Below, one piece after another: positions 55,169-64,000 of a DNA stretch of 64,000 nucleotides. Within the stretch, counting starts at the first letter, position 1; every line of letters begins with the position of its first letter. This DNA is from Candidatus Latescibacterota bacterium (GTDB taxonomy: Bacteria; Latescibacterota; UBA2968; UBA8231), in assembly GCA_965221775.1 (NCBI GenBank), contig CBDCSU010000005.1:256001-320000 (forward strand), given 5' to 3'. Position numbers and translations under genes: made by a program. The notes below the pieces were generated by a model. The model did no database searches and had not been told where the DNA came from. It was given only the letters and a program-made list of their open reading frames with translations.

Positions 55169-57259
55169 TCAAGCGTCTTCGCAGTGGAACAGACCCACCG
55201 ACCAGGGCTCGATCCCCACCTCGAAGGCGCCGTCCTCGAATGCCACCTTCCGGCCCGTCAGAAGGTCCCTCACGCTCCGGGCCCGCCACGCCGGCTGCAG
55301 AGTCGCCCGCGCCGCGCTCCGCTCGAGGTTGAAGGCGAAGATCAGCCGTCCGCCCCGGCGGGACCCGCGGACGGTGGTGACCAGGCGGCCGCCGGCCACT
55401 GCGACGGGAGCCTGGATGCCGGCCTCCTCCACCAGGCCGAGGACCAGACCGGGATGACCGGCATCCCGGAATCCCGCCGACAGGGTCAGGCCGTACCAGG
55501 TGAAGCGGCCGTCGCCGCTGCGCACGGCCACCACCCGGCCGCCGAGGCGCGCGATGGCCGTCGAGTCCCCTTGCGGCTCGAGGACGGCGTAGCCGCACGG
55601 CGTGGTGACGGGCACCGGCCCCCGGGGCGTCTCCAGGAGGTTCTCCCCGCGGCGGATGTCGTCCGGGGTCACGGCGGAGAAGTCCTCGACGCGCACCCCG
55701 AGGCGGCGGGAGAACCCCTCGGGCGGGGCCTCGCTCGACAGGCCGTTCTCCTGGTAGAGGCCGAAGCTGCCCTCGGCGACCAGCCGCGTCTCCGGACTCT
55801 CCTCGAGAGTGTGGTCGATGCGGTCCCGTGCCTCGCCGCTCATGAGGGCGAGATTGGGCAGGAAGAGGAGGCGGTAGCCCGACCAGTCGATGCGCGGCGA
55901 CACGATGTCGGCGGGGATGCCGTGCTGCCAGAGGGTCCGGTAGACCCCGCGCAGATCGGCGTTGAAGCGCCCGGTCTGGCCGTTGAGGCCGAAGAGTTCC
56001 TGCGACTCCGGGTGGTAGACGATGCCCACCTTCGCGGGCGGGCACTCCAGGGGCAGGTGGTCCTTCATCGCCTCGATGCGGTCCACGGCGGCGGCCACCG
56101 CTCTCAGGCGCTCGGTCGGTCTTCCGTCGAGGGCGGCGAGGTTGTACCCAGGTGACTCGAAGCTGAGGTACTCGGGGCGGTACTGCCAGAACATGCATCC
56201 GGCGGCGCCTCCGGCGAGGGTCATCCACAGCAGGGTGGTGAGCTCGCGCGGATCGGACTGCTTCTTCCAGGTCACGCCGCCGGGGGACATGCCGGCGTAG
56301 ATCTCCTCGTTCCACCAGCGGCCGTTCACCCCCTGGCCGCGGGATAGGTCGAAGCTGAAGGCCCGGTCGGCGAGCGGGTACGGGTCGTCCGCGGTGAGCA
56401 GGTTGTTCGACGACATGGACATCCCCCAGCTGTCGACCTCCCGGGCGCACTCCTCGTCCCAGGGGCGCGGCGTGGAGGCGGCGTGGGCCCGGATCTCGTG
56501 GAGGGGGTCGATCCTCCGGGCCTCGGCGACCATCCATCTCAGATGGCCGACCAGGTTCAGGCGGTGGAAGCGCAGGTAGAGCAGCATCTCCACCACGTTG
56601 TGATTCGAGCGCGGCGGCTCGACATCCTCCCAGTCCCGGTAGCGGCGCAGGACCCGGGCGTTCAGCTCATCGAGGGTGAAGCGCTCGCGCAGCCAGGCCT
56701 TGTAGCGGGCCCGGGTGTGCTCGCAGTAGCAGGGCAGGCCGTCGCCGCGGCGGGGCCACGATGGGCTGACGCCGTCCCACAACCCCCAGACGAGCAGGTT
56801 GGGCCGGTCCCTGTAGCGGTTGACCACGTGTCTCAGGAGAGCTCCGCCGCGCTCGCGCCAGGCCGGATGATCGCAGCAGTGGATCATCGCCCCCTGGGGC
56901 GTGGCGGGGCTCGCGTCTCCCAGGCTCGGCTCGCCCCGGTGGCTGACGGTCCGCATGTCCGGGTGCTCCCGGAGCAGCCACTCGGGGCAGGCGCCGTGGG
57001 TGGCGAGGGTGATGTCCATCCACACCGACAGACCGTGCCTGGCGGCCAGATCGAAGAGCAGGTCGAAGTCGTCCAACTCGTAGACCCCCGGCCGCGGCTC
57101 CATCCAGTTCCAGTAGCTGAAGCTGCGCACCACGCGGAGACCGGAGCGCCGGATGCGGGCGAAGTCACCGTCCCATGTGCGGGGCCCCGGGATCGGCGCG
57201 CGGTAGTACTCCACGCCGACCGGAAAGGGTGTCTCCGGATGGGGCCTGAATGCGGGCAT
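55169..57259 (-). CDS. GH42-like beta-galactosidase family protein
   Basis: GVEYYR, WNWMEPRPGVYELDDFD, CPEWL, CYC, FWQYRPE, trimerisation-like C-terminal domain. Confidence 0.85.
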   Translation of the reverse strand: MPAFRPHPETPFPVGVEYYRAPIPGPRTWDGDFARIRRSGLRVVRSFSYWNWMEPRPGVYELDDFDLLFDLAARHGLSVWMDITLATHGACPEWLLREHPDMRTVSHRGEPSLGDASPATPQGAMIHCCDHPAWRERGGALLRHVVNRYRDRPNLLVWGLWDGVSPSWPRRGDGLPCYCEHTRARYKAWLRERFTLDELNARVLRRYRDWEDVEPPRSNHNVVEMLLYLRFHRLNLVGHLRWMVAEARRIDPLHEIRAHAASTPRPWDEECAREVDSWGMSMSSNNLLTADDPYPLADRAFSFDLSRGQGVNGRWWNEEIYAGMSPGGVTWKKQSDPRELTTLLWMTLAGGAAGCMFWQYRPEYLSFESPGYNLAALDGRPTERLRAVAAAVDRIEAMKDHLPLECPPAKVGIVYHPESQELFGLNGQTGRFNADLRGVYRTLWQHGIPADIVSPRIDWSGYRLLFLPNLALMSGEARDRIDHTLEESPETRLVAEGSFGLYQENGLSSEAPPEGFSRRLGVRVEDFSAVTPDDIRRGENLLETPRGPVPVTTPCGYAVLEPQGDSTAIARLGGRVVAVRSGDGRFTWYGLTLSAGFRDAGHPGLVLGLVEEAGIQAPVAVAGGRLVTTVRGSRRGGRLIFAFNLERSAARATLQPAWRARSVRDLLTGRKVAFEDGAFEVGIEPWSVGLFHCEDA

Positions 57260-57294
57260 TGAAGAAACCTCCCGGCGCCACTAAGCTCTTTTCG

Positions 57295-59121
57295 ATGAAC
57301 ATCCTGGGGATCTCCGCCTACTACCACGACAGCGCCGCCTGCCTCGTGCGGGACGGGGAGATCGTGGCCGCGGCCCAGGAGGAGCGCTTCACCCGCAGGA
57401 AGCACGATCACGAGTTCCCGCAGAACGCCGTCGACTTCTGCCTCGACTGCGGCGGCCTCGAGCCCGGAAACCTCGATCTGGTCGCCTTCTACGACAAACC
57501 GCTCCTCAAGTTCGACCGCCTCCTCGAGACCTGGATCAGCTTCGCCCCGAGGGGCTTCAAGCTCTTCCTCATGGGCATGCCCTTGTGGTTGAGGCAGAAG
57601 CTCCACACCCCCCGGGAGCTGGACCGCGGTCTGCGCGGCGGCTACCAGGGGCGCTACCTCTTCCCCTCCCACCACGAGTCGCACGCGGCCAGCGCCTTCT
57701 ACCCGTCCCCCTTCCAGGAGGCCGCCATCGTCACCCTGGACGGCGTCGGCGAGTGGGCCACGGGCACCATCGCCCTGGGCCGCGGCCACGAGATCGAGAT
57801 GCTCAGGGAGATGCGCTTCCCCCACTCCCTCGGCCTGCTCTACTCGGCCTTCACCTACTTCACCGGTTTCCGGGTCAACAGCGGCGAGTACAAGCTCATG
57901 GGCCTGGCGCCGTACGGCGAGCCCGTCTACCGCGACCTCATCGTCGAGGAACTGCTCGACATCAAGGAGGACGGCTCCTTCCGCATGGACATGTCCTACT
58001 TCGGGTTCTGCCATACCGATGTCATGACCACGCCGAAGATGGACCGGCTCTTCGGAGGACCGCCGCGGCAGCCGGAGGGCGAGATCACCCGGCGCGAGAT
58101 GGACCTGGCCGCCTCGATACAGGCGGTGACCGAGGAGATCGTGCTGAAGATCGCGGGCCACGCCCACGAGCTGACGGGCGCCCGCCACCTGGCGATGGCC
58201 GGCGGCGTGGCCCTCAACTGCGTCGCCAACGGGCGCCTGCTGCGCGAGGGGCCCTTCGAGGACCTGTGGGTCCAGCCCGCCGCCGGAGACGCGGGCGGCG
58301 CCCTCGGAGCGGCCTTGTTCACCTGGCACCAGCTCCTGGGCCACTCGCGCCGCGCGGCGCCCGGGGACAGTCAGGGCGGATCGCTTCTCGGCCCCCGCTT
58401 CGACGACGACGAGATCCGCCGGGCCCTGGACGCGGCCGGGGCGGTGTACCGCCGCTGCGACGACGAGACCGAGCTGATCGACCGGATCGCCGAGTTGGTG
58501 GAGCAGGAGAAGGTGGTGGGGCACTTCGCCGGCCGCGCCGAGTTCGGTCCCCGGGCCCTCGGCAGCCGCTCCATCCTCGGCGACGCGCGATCGGCCGAGA
58601 TGCAGTCGGTGATGAACCTCAAGATCAAGTTCCGCGAGTCCTTCCGGCCCTTCGCTCCCGCCGTCCTGCGCGAGGACGTGGGCGAGTACTTCGAGATGCG
58701 GCCCGGATACAGCAGTCCCTACATGCTCGTCGTGGCCCCGGTCCGGGAGGAGCACCGGCTGCCCTCCGGTTCGACTCCCGGGGGGCTGGAGCAGCGCAAC
58801 GAGAGGCGCTCCACGGTCCCGGCCATCACCCACGTCGACTACTCGGCCCGCGTGCAGACCGTCGACGCCGGCCACCACCCCCGGTTCCGCGGGATCGTCG
58901 AGCGCTTCAAGGAGCGGACGGGGATACCGGTCCTGATCAACACCAGCTTCAACGTCCGCGGCGAGCCGATGGTGAACACCCCCGCCGACGCCTACCGCTG
59001 CTTCATGGCCACCGGCATGGACGCCCTGGTCCTGGAGAGCTGCCTCCTTCTGAAGGAGGACCAGCCCGAGGCCCGGGCCTTCGACGCCTCGGCGTACCTC
59101 GCCGAGTTCGCCCTGGACTGA
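57295..59121 (+). CDS. O-carbamoyltransferase (NodU/CmcH/SxtI family)
   Basis: MNILGISAYYHDSAA, QEERFTRRKHD, HHESHAASAF, SGEYKLMGLAPYG, GGVALNC, EFGPRALG, NTSFNVRGEP. Confidence 0.95.
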   Translation: MNILGISAYYHDSAACLVRDGEIVAAAQEERFTRRKHDHEFPQNAVDFCLDCGGLEPGNLDLVAFYDKPLLKFDRLLETWISFAPRGFKLFLMGMPLWLRQKLHTPRELDRGLRGGYQGRYLFPSHHESHAASAFYPSPFQEAAIVTLDGVGEWATGTIALGRGHEIEMLREMRFPHSLGLLYSAFTYFTGFRVNSGEYKLMGLAPYGEPVYRDLIVEELLDIKEDGSFRMDMSYFGFCHTDVMTTPKMDRLFGGPPRQPEGEITRREMDLAASIQAVTEEIVLKIAGHAHELTGARHLAMAGGVALNCVANGRLLREGPFEDLWVQPAAGDAGGALGAALFTWHQLLGHSRRAAPGDSQGGSLLGPRFDDDEIRRALDAAGAVYRRCDDETELIDRIAELVEQEKVVGHFAGRAEFGPRALGSRSILGDARSAEMQSVMNLKIKFRESFRPFAPAVLREDVGEYFEMRPGYSSPYMLVVAPVREEHRLPSGSTPGGLEQRNERRSTVPAITHVDYSARVQTVDAGHHPRFRGIVERFKERTGIPVLINTSFNVRGEPMVNTPADAYRCFMATGMDALVLESCLLLKEDQPEARAFDASAYLAEFALD

Positions 59122-59138
59122 GGGAGACCACCTGTCCC

Positions 59139-59576
59139 ATGCTGCGGATCGACCTCCGGCCCGACCGACGGAAGCTGCGGCACTTCGGCTTCATCGCCCT
59201 CGCCGGCTTCGGCGCCCTGGCGGTCATGGCCTGGTTCGAACGGCTGGTCTTCGCCTTCGGCCTGGGCGACGCCCGTCCAATCGCCGCCGGGGTCCTGGCG
59301 GGGCTGGGACTCCTGTCGGCCCTTCTCTCCCTCGTCCACCCCAGGGCCAACCGTCCCTTGTACGTCGGCCTCACCCTGCTCGCCCTGCCGGTCGGCTACC
59401 TGGTCTCCTACCTGGCGATGGGCGCCTTGTTCTACCTCCTCATCACGCCCCTGGGCCTGTTCTTCCGGATCGTCGGGCGCGACCCCCTGCACCGGCGGTT
59501 CCGACGGGAGGCCGAGTCCTACTGGATCCCCCTGGGGCCGCGCCCCCCCCGGGAGCGCTACTTCCGGCAGTTCTGA
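59139..59576 (+). CDS. SxtJ-family membrane protein
   Basis: ATG 59139; LRHFG, FYLLITPLGLFFRIVGRDPL, SYWI...YFRQF. Confidence 0.88.
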   Translation: MLRIDLRPDRRKLRHFGFIALAGFGALAVMAWFERLVFAFGLGDARPIAAGVLAGLGLLSALLSLVHPRANRPLYVGLTLLALPVGYLVSYLAMGALFYLLITPLGLFFRIVGRDPLHRRFRREAESYWIPLGPRPPRERYFRQF

Positions 59577-59596
59577 CCCCGGAGACGGAGACCGAC

Positions 59597-59797
59597 GTGA
59601 CAGACGATCCGAAGAGCGACGATCTCGCCGCCCAGGCCCGGCAGAAGCGCAGCGGGCTGGCCTCCGAGTTTCTCGCCTTCCTGAGGGACAACAAGAAGTG
59701 GTGGCTGGCGCCGATCCTGCTCACCGTCGCCGGCCTCGGGCTGGTGGTCATGCTCAGCGGCACCGCCGCGGCGCCCTTCATCTACACCCTGTTCTGA
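59597..59797 (+). CDS. DUF5989 (SxtK-like) small membrane protein
   Basis: EFLAFLRDNKKWWLAPI...APFIYTLF. Confidence 0.9.
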   Translation: MTDDPKSDDLAAQARQKRSGLASEFLAFLRDNKKWWLAPILLTVAGLGLVVMLSGTAAAPFIYTLF

Positions 59798-59866
59798 TCC
59801 CTTCGCCGGCGGCGCACCGCTGGCGGGAGAGCGGCCTGCCCCGGGGCGGGAACCCCGGGAAGGCGA

Positions 59867-60730
59867 CTACTGCTCGGTGGGGGCGCTGCCGTCGGCGGCG
59901 GCGGTGGAGTCGGGCGCCGACGCCTGGTCGTGAAGCACGAGGAGGCGCACGTCCTTGAGGCCGATGGCGAACCGGGAGGAGCCGGCGTACCCGGTGAAGG
60001 CGGAGTCGACGCGGCTGTGGTACTGGTAGTCGCGCTCGCCGGCGAGGCGCACGGGGCTGGCCTCGACGGTGGCCGTGATCGTCTTCCCCGATCTCAGGGA
60101 GATGACGATCGGCCGGACCTCGATCCCGGCCTCCCTGAACTCGATCTTCTCGATCTTGCCCATGTCGAGACTGCGCCGCCTCCGGCCCTGCTCGAAGGCG
60201 AACTCCCGCTGGCCGCGGAAGAGAAGGTTCTGAACCTGGAACATGCGCCCCTTCTCGTTGACCACCGTCGCCCGCAGGGGCGGCTTCGGCTTGATCGGCA
60301 CGCCGGAGTCCGGATGGTGCATGACGACCTCGGCCACGTCGCGCAGCAGGATCGTGAAGGGGCCGAGCCGGGTCGAGCCCGTAGCGCTCTCCGGCGCGAT
60401 GCCGCCGCCGAGGGCCTCCACGTTGGCCGTGGTGGAGGCGATGACGTAGGTCCCGCGCTCCTCCTTGCCGGTGCGCATTCGAACCACGAGGTCCTGCTGC
60501 TCCTCGCGGGGACCGCTGGCGAATCGGAAACGGTCGATCTCGCGCAAGGGGACGTCCCGGCGGACGCTCCCTAGGTAGTACGACAGGGAGGTCTTGCCCC
60601 GGATCTTGAACTTCGTCAACTCGAAGCGGTTTCCCTGCCGGTCGATGAGGGTGGCCGCCAGGTCGGCCGCCGACGGCGCCGCCCCGAGGGCGAGGAGGCA
60701 GGAGGCGAGGGTGAGGATGCGAGCCGTCAT
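59867..60730 (-). CDS. Secreted hypothetical protein with two tandem domains
   Basis: ATG 60730 (TGATG overlap); signal peptide; LAATLIDRQGNRFEL / LRATVVNEKGRMFQV repeat starts. Confidence 0.75.
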   Translation of the reverse strand: MTARILTLASCLLALGAAPSAADLAATLIDRQGNRFELTKFKIRGKTSLSYYLGSVRRDVPLREIDRFRFASGPREEQQDLVVRMRTGKEERGTYVIASTTANVEALGGGIAPESATGSTRLGPFTILLRDVAEVVMHHPDSGVPIKPKPPLRATVVNEKGRMFQVQNLLFRGQREFAFEQGRRRRSLDMGKIEKIEFREAGIEVRPIVISLRSGKTITATVEASPVRLAGERDYQYHSRVDSAFTGYAGSSRFAIGLKDVRLLVLHDQASAPDSTAAADGSAPTEQ

Positions 60731-61422
60731 CAGCGCTGCGGCTCCTGCTGCTGCGTCTCCGGCCCCTCCTGCGTCTCGGTGCCCAGATCGATGATCACCG
60801 GCGTGGGCCGGCCGAAGGCGACCTCGAAGGACCGGATCTCGTCGAGCCCCGAGGGGCTGTTCTCGAGGCGCAGCTTGTAGGTGCCCACGGGCAGGATGAA
60901 GTAGCGCAACTCGCCGGTGGTCATGCCCCGGCCGAGGACGGTGCGCATGGTGTAGTCCAGGAAGAGGAACGGGATCTGGGTGAACCCCTGCCCGCCGGTG
61001 ATCAGGACCTGCACCCTGCCGAGCTGGAGGACGACGTGGGCCTCCTGCCCCATCTGGATCTTCACGCCGCGCTCGATGATGCTGTCCTTGATGTCGGTGT
61101 TGACGGTGACGTCGTAGGTGCCCGGGTCGAGGTCGACGACGAGCCGGTTCTCGGACCACGAACGCTCGAAGGCGGAGGGCGAGAAGGCGGAGGCCCTCGG
61201 CATGTCCTCGTAGACGATCTCTCCGCTCTCGGCGTCCTCGACGAAGAAGTTCAGCTCCTGGATGCCGCCGGCCTCGAGGAAGAGCCGGCCCTTGCCCTCT
61301 GGGATCGGGGGAGGTCCGTAGTCGGACCCGCCGCCGCTCTGGGTGCTGGCGCAGGAGAGCAGGAAACAGGACGCAAGAGGCGCGGCGCACCGCCGCCATG
61401 TCGATCGAATTCGGGAGGTCAC
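60730..61422 (-). CDS. Hypothetical lipoprotein
   Basis: FLLSC lipobox; two beta-sandwich-like units (LDPGTYDV, LPVGTYKL). Confidence 0.75.
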   Translation of the reverse strand: MTSRIRSTWRRCAAPLASCFLLSCASTQSGGGSDYGPPPIPEGKGRLFLEAGGIQELNFFVEDAESGEIVYEDMPRASAFSPSAFERSWSENRLVVDLDPGTYDVTVNTDIKDSIIERGVKIQMGQEAHVVLQLGRVQVLITGGQGFTQIPFLFLDYTMRTVLGRGMTTGELRYFILPVGTYKLRLENSPSGLDEIRSFEVAFGRPTPVIIDLGTETQEGPETQQQEPQR

Positions 61423-61462
61423 AGGATCCTCCTTTCAGAGGAAGAACGCGTCTGTCGGGTAC

Positions 61463-63139
61463 CTAGTTCCCCGCCGGGGAATTGTCAACCAGGCGGACGA
61501 CGAGGATGTTCCTCTCCGGCCCCTCCACGGAACGGGCCTGGCGCCGGAAGGAACGTTCGTCCGTACGGAAATCGGGATAGGCGGCGGCCGTGGTCACGCC
61601 GCGCGCCAGCAGCTGGCTCCACAGCGGCTCCGCGCGCTTCACGAACCCCGCCGCCACCACGAAGTAGTCGGCGCCTTCCGCCGCCAGCGAGTCGAGCCGG
61701 GAGGCCTCGAAGAGATCCGGCGTGATCTGCCAGCCCTTGCGGTGGCAGTAGTAGAGCAGGGTCGGGCTCCGGGTGCGGAACGGGCCGCCGCGGTCCTCGT
61801 CGATGTCGCCGGTCACCAGCCGCGCGTCGGCCGGCATCCGCGCGTCGAGGACGCGTCCGGCGAGCTCGCAGCTGCGATAGTAGTTGTAGATGTTGTTCCC
61901 CGGGCGGTAGTAGTCGCCGACCTTCCAGAGACTGCCGGCGGCCACGGCCGCCAGGGCCAGACCCACCACCGCCCGGGCTCCGGGCGAGCCGGGACCGAGC
62001 CGCCGCAGCTGCCGCCCCGCCACCCCGGACAGGCGCGCGCCCCCCGGCTCCCACAGGGCGGCCAGGGGCGCGGCGGCGAGGATCGCCGCCGGCAGCGTGA
62101 AGGGCAGCTGGTAGTAGTGCAGCCGGCGGTTGCCCTCGGGGATCAGGAAGAGGTAGAGCAGCAGGCCGCCGAACCAGGCGTAGAGGGGCCACACCTCGCG
62201 CCCTTGCCGGGGACCGCCGTCACCGCGGGGCCACAGCCCGACGAGTCCGACCGCCGCCAGAAGGACGCCCATCGGCGTCAGCACGGCTTCGACGAACCGC
62301 CCCGCCATGAGGTGGTAGAAGCCGCCCTGCAGGAGCAGGTCGTGGCTCCACTTGTCGTAACCCCGGCGGCCCCAGATGCCGAAGGTGAGCCCCGTCTGCT
62401 CGAAGAGGCCGGCGGCGTGCACGTGCCAGGCCGCCGCCGGTGCCACCGCCGCCAGCAGGTAGAGCCACAGCGACCCGCGGCGCACGAAGGCAGGCCCCCA
62501 GCGGCCGAGGGCCATGGCCACGAGCGGGAATCCGAGGTACAGGGTCGGGATCTTCAGCGCGAAGCAGAGGCCGGCGATCCCGGCCGCGGCCAGCAGCCAG
62601 GCCGTCCCCTCCCGGCAGGCGCGGCCGAAGGCGCTCAGGGCGGCGGCGCTCAGCAGCAGCATGAGCGCCTCGGGCATGAAGGCGCGGCCGAAGAACAGGC
62701 TCAGGGGCAGCATCAGGTAGATCGCCGCGGCCAGGCGCGCCCCCGCGGCGCTCCCGAGCCAGGCGCGGGCCAGGCAGTACAGGGGGACGGCCGCGGCGGT
62801 GGAGAAGAGAGCCGCGAGCAACCGCCCCATCCACTCGTGGGCGCCGCCGGCCAGGGAGTAGAGGCAGGCCGCGAGGAAGGGGAAGAGGGGCAGGTTCATC
62901 TCCACGTAGCCCGGCGTGTTGCCGCGCCAGTCCACGCGGGGATGGAAGAGGGTGAGACCCTCCTCGTGGAAGTTGCGGGCGATGGCCGCCGTGTCGGCCT
63001 GGCGCCACGCCTGGTGGTCGATGAGGGGCGCCGTCACCTCCACGAGGCGGAGGCCGAGGCCGGCCGCCAGGAGCAGGAGGAGCCAGCGGTCGGACAGCAG
63101 GCGGCCGGGTCGCGAGTCGGCCGCCGGAGTGCTCTTCAG
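61463..63139 (-). CDS. GT-C fold glycosyltransferase (ArnT/PMT-like); start uncertain, possibly CTG 63139
   Basis: WRQADTAAIARNF, VEMNLPLFP, FFGRAFMPE, ALKIP, HYYYQLP; many TMs. Confidence 0.85.
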   Translation of the reverse strand: MKSTPAADSRPGRLLSDRWLLLLLAAGLGLRLVEVTAPLIDHQAWRQADTAAIARNFHEEGLTLFHPRVDWRGNTPGYVEMNLPLFPFLAACLYSLAGGAHEWMGRLLAALFSTAAAVPLYCLARAWLGSAAGARLAAAIYLMLPLSLFFGRAFMPEALMLLLSAAALSAFGRACREGTAWLLAAAGIAGLCFALKIPTLYLGFPLVAMALGRWGPAFVRRGSLWLYLLAAVAPAAAWHVHAAGLFEQTGLTFGIWGRRGYDKWSHDLLLQGGFYHLMAGRFVEAVLTPMGVLLAAVGLVGLWPRGDGGPRQGREVWPLYAWFGGLLLYLFLIPEGNRRLHYYQLPFTLPAAILAAAPLAALWEPGGARLSGVAGRQLRRLGPGSPGARAVVGLALAAVAAGSLWKVGDYYRPGNNIYNYYRSCELAGRVLDARMPADARLVTGDIDEDRGGPFRTRSPTLLYYCHRKGWQITPDLFEASRLDSLAAEGADYFVVAAGFVKRAEPLWSQLLARGVTTAAAYPDFRTDERSFRRQARSVEGPERNILVVRLVDNSPAGN

Positions 63140-64000
63140 AAGGCCCGCCAACTGGGCGAACGCTCGTCCCGGTCGTCGGTTCGGGTGAGGTTGACGGGCA
63201 TCACCGGTCTCTCGGTGGTGTCGTCCCAGTCGAAGCCGGCGGCAGGCAGCAGGTAGATGTCGAAGGTGCCGAGTGACCGGCCCCTCTCGTCGGTGACGAA
63301 CTCGCCGTCCTCGCCGACCTTCATCTTCCCCGAGTAGGCCAGGCCGCGGCCATCGGGCGACCACGCCGGGTTGAGCTCGAAGGTGTTCTCCGCCACGGTG
63401 ACCCGCACCTGCTCGGTGAGGTCGCCACCGGCCACGAGCAGCTCCTGGCCGCCGAAGCGTTCGGAGGCCATCACCAGCCGCAGGCCGTCGGGCGACCACG
63501 CCGGCTGCTGGTCGATCTTCTTGTGCTCGGTGAGGCGGCGCATGCCGCTCCCGTCGACGTCGATCAGGTAGATCTCGTCGTTGCCCTCGGCGCTGGATGT
63601 GAAGGCGATCCGGCGGCCGTCGGGGCTCCAGGCGGGCTCCCGGCCCTCGACGAGCCTGCGCTTGTTGCCGCCGTCGGCATCCATCAGGTAGATGGCCACG
63701 TCCCCCTCCCGCTGGCTGACGAAGGCGATGCGCCCGCCGTCGGGAGACCAGGCGGCCCCCTGGTCGCGCTCGGCGTGCTCGGTGAGCCGGCGCCGGTCGC
63801 TGCCGTCGGCGTTCATCACCCAGACGTCGATGTTCGACATCACCGTGCCCTGGGTGAACAGGATCTGCCCGCCGTCGGGGGACCACTTCGGCTGCTTCTC
63901 CGCTTCGTAGGTGGCGGTGAGCCGCGAGACCTCGCCCGAGGCCACGTCGACGGTGAAGAGGTCCCAGTTGCGGACGCGGGTCGGCGTCGACGCGTAGAGG
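63136..64000 (-). CDS. TolB-like PD40 beta-propeller protein (5' end outside window)
   Basis: Repeated WSPDG..IAF.S motifs; frame open to window edge. Confidence 0.88.
   Translation of the reverse strand, partial: LYASTPTRVRNWDLFTVDVASGEVSRLTATYEAEKQPKWSPDGGQILFTQGTVMSNIDVWVMNADGSDRRRLTEHAERDQGAAWSPDGGRIAFVSQREGDVAIYLMDADGGNKRRLVEGREPAWSPDGRRIAFTSSAEGNDEIYLIDVDGSGMRRLTEHKKIDQQPAWSPDGLRLVMASERFGGQELLVAGGDLTEQVRVTVAENTFELNPAWSPDGRGLAYSGKMKVGEDGEFVTDERGRSLGTFDIYLLPAAGFDWDDTTERPVMPVNLTRTDDRDERSPSWRAF

Noticed and set aside
57295-59797. Saxitoxin or Nod-factor biosynthesis
   Set aside because: No sxtA/sxtG or nodABC genes in the window; the triad is widespread.

Overview
Very GC-rich bacterial chromosomal window with no rRNA, tRNA, CRISPR array or intact mobile element seen. 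The gene content suggests a diderm FCB-group organism such as Latescibacterota (inference only): FlgD-Ig C-terminal domains, a PorV-like barrel, FG-GAP/ASPIC proteins, W-G-x-I-K tails, and TPR and LRR lipoproteins. Housekeeping genes (glgB, recD2, rel, hisC, mpl, GT2, a DprE1/DprE2-like pair, carbamoyltransferase-SxtJ-DUF5989, GH42-like, GT-C) surround three uncharacterised envelope loci. (1) 7692-17414 is the best candidate for an undescribed peptide-handling system: NusG-II, Gx transporter, a ~1600-aa M28-like/FtsX fusion with altered metal ligands, an OPT-like transporter with a permuted FN3-like insert, an internally duplicated hypothetical protein and a stand-alone PqqD/RRE. (2) 26963-35503 encodes a PorV-like barrel, a large TPR protein, ExbB, ExbD and DUF4159 without a TonB or TonB-dependent receptor. 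(3) 38972-55133 is a ~16 kb translationally coupled array of three mosaic LRR+TolB lipoproteins, three TPNGDG/FlgD-Ig-tailed proteins and two paralogous putative barrel proteins. Also noted: a shared C-terminal WGxIK motif on unrelated secreted proteins, a structured intergenic element beside a sigma54-like promoter, and three genes that seem to need non-canonical starts. All family calls come from motif recognition, not database searches.
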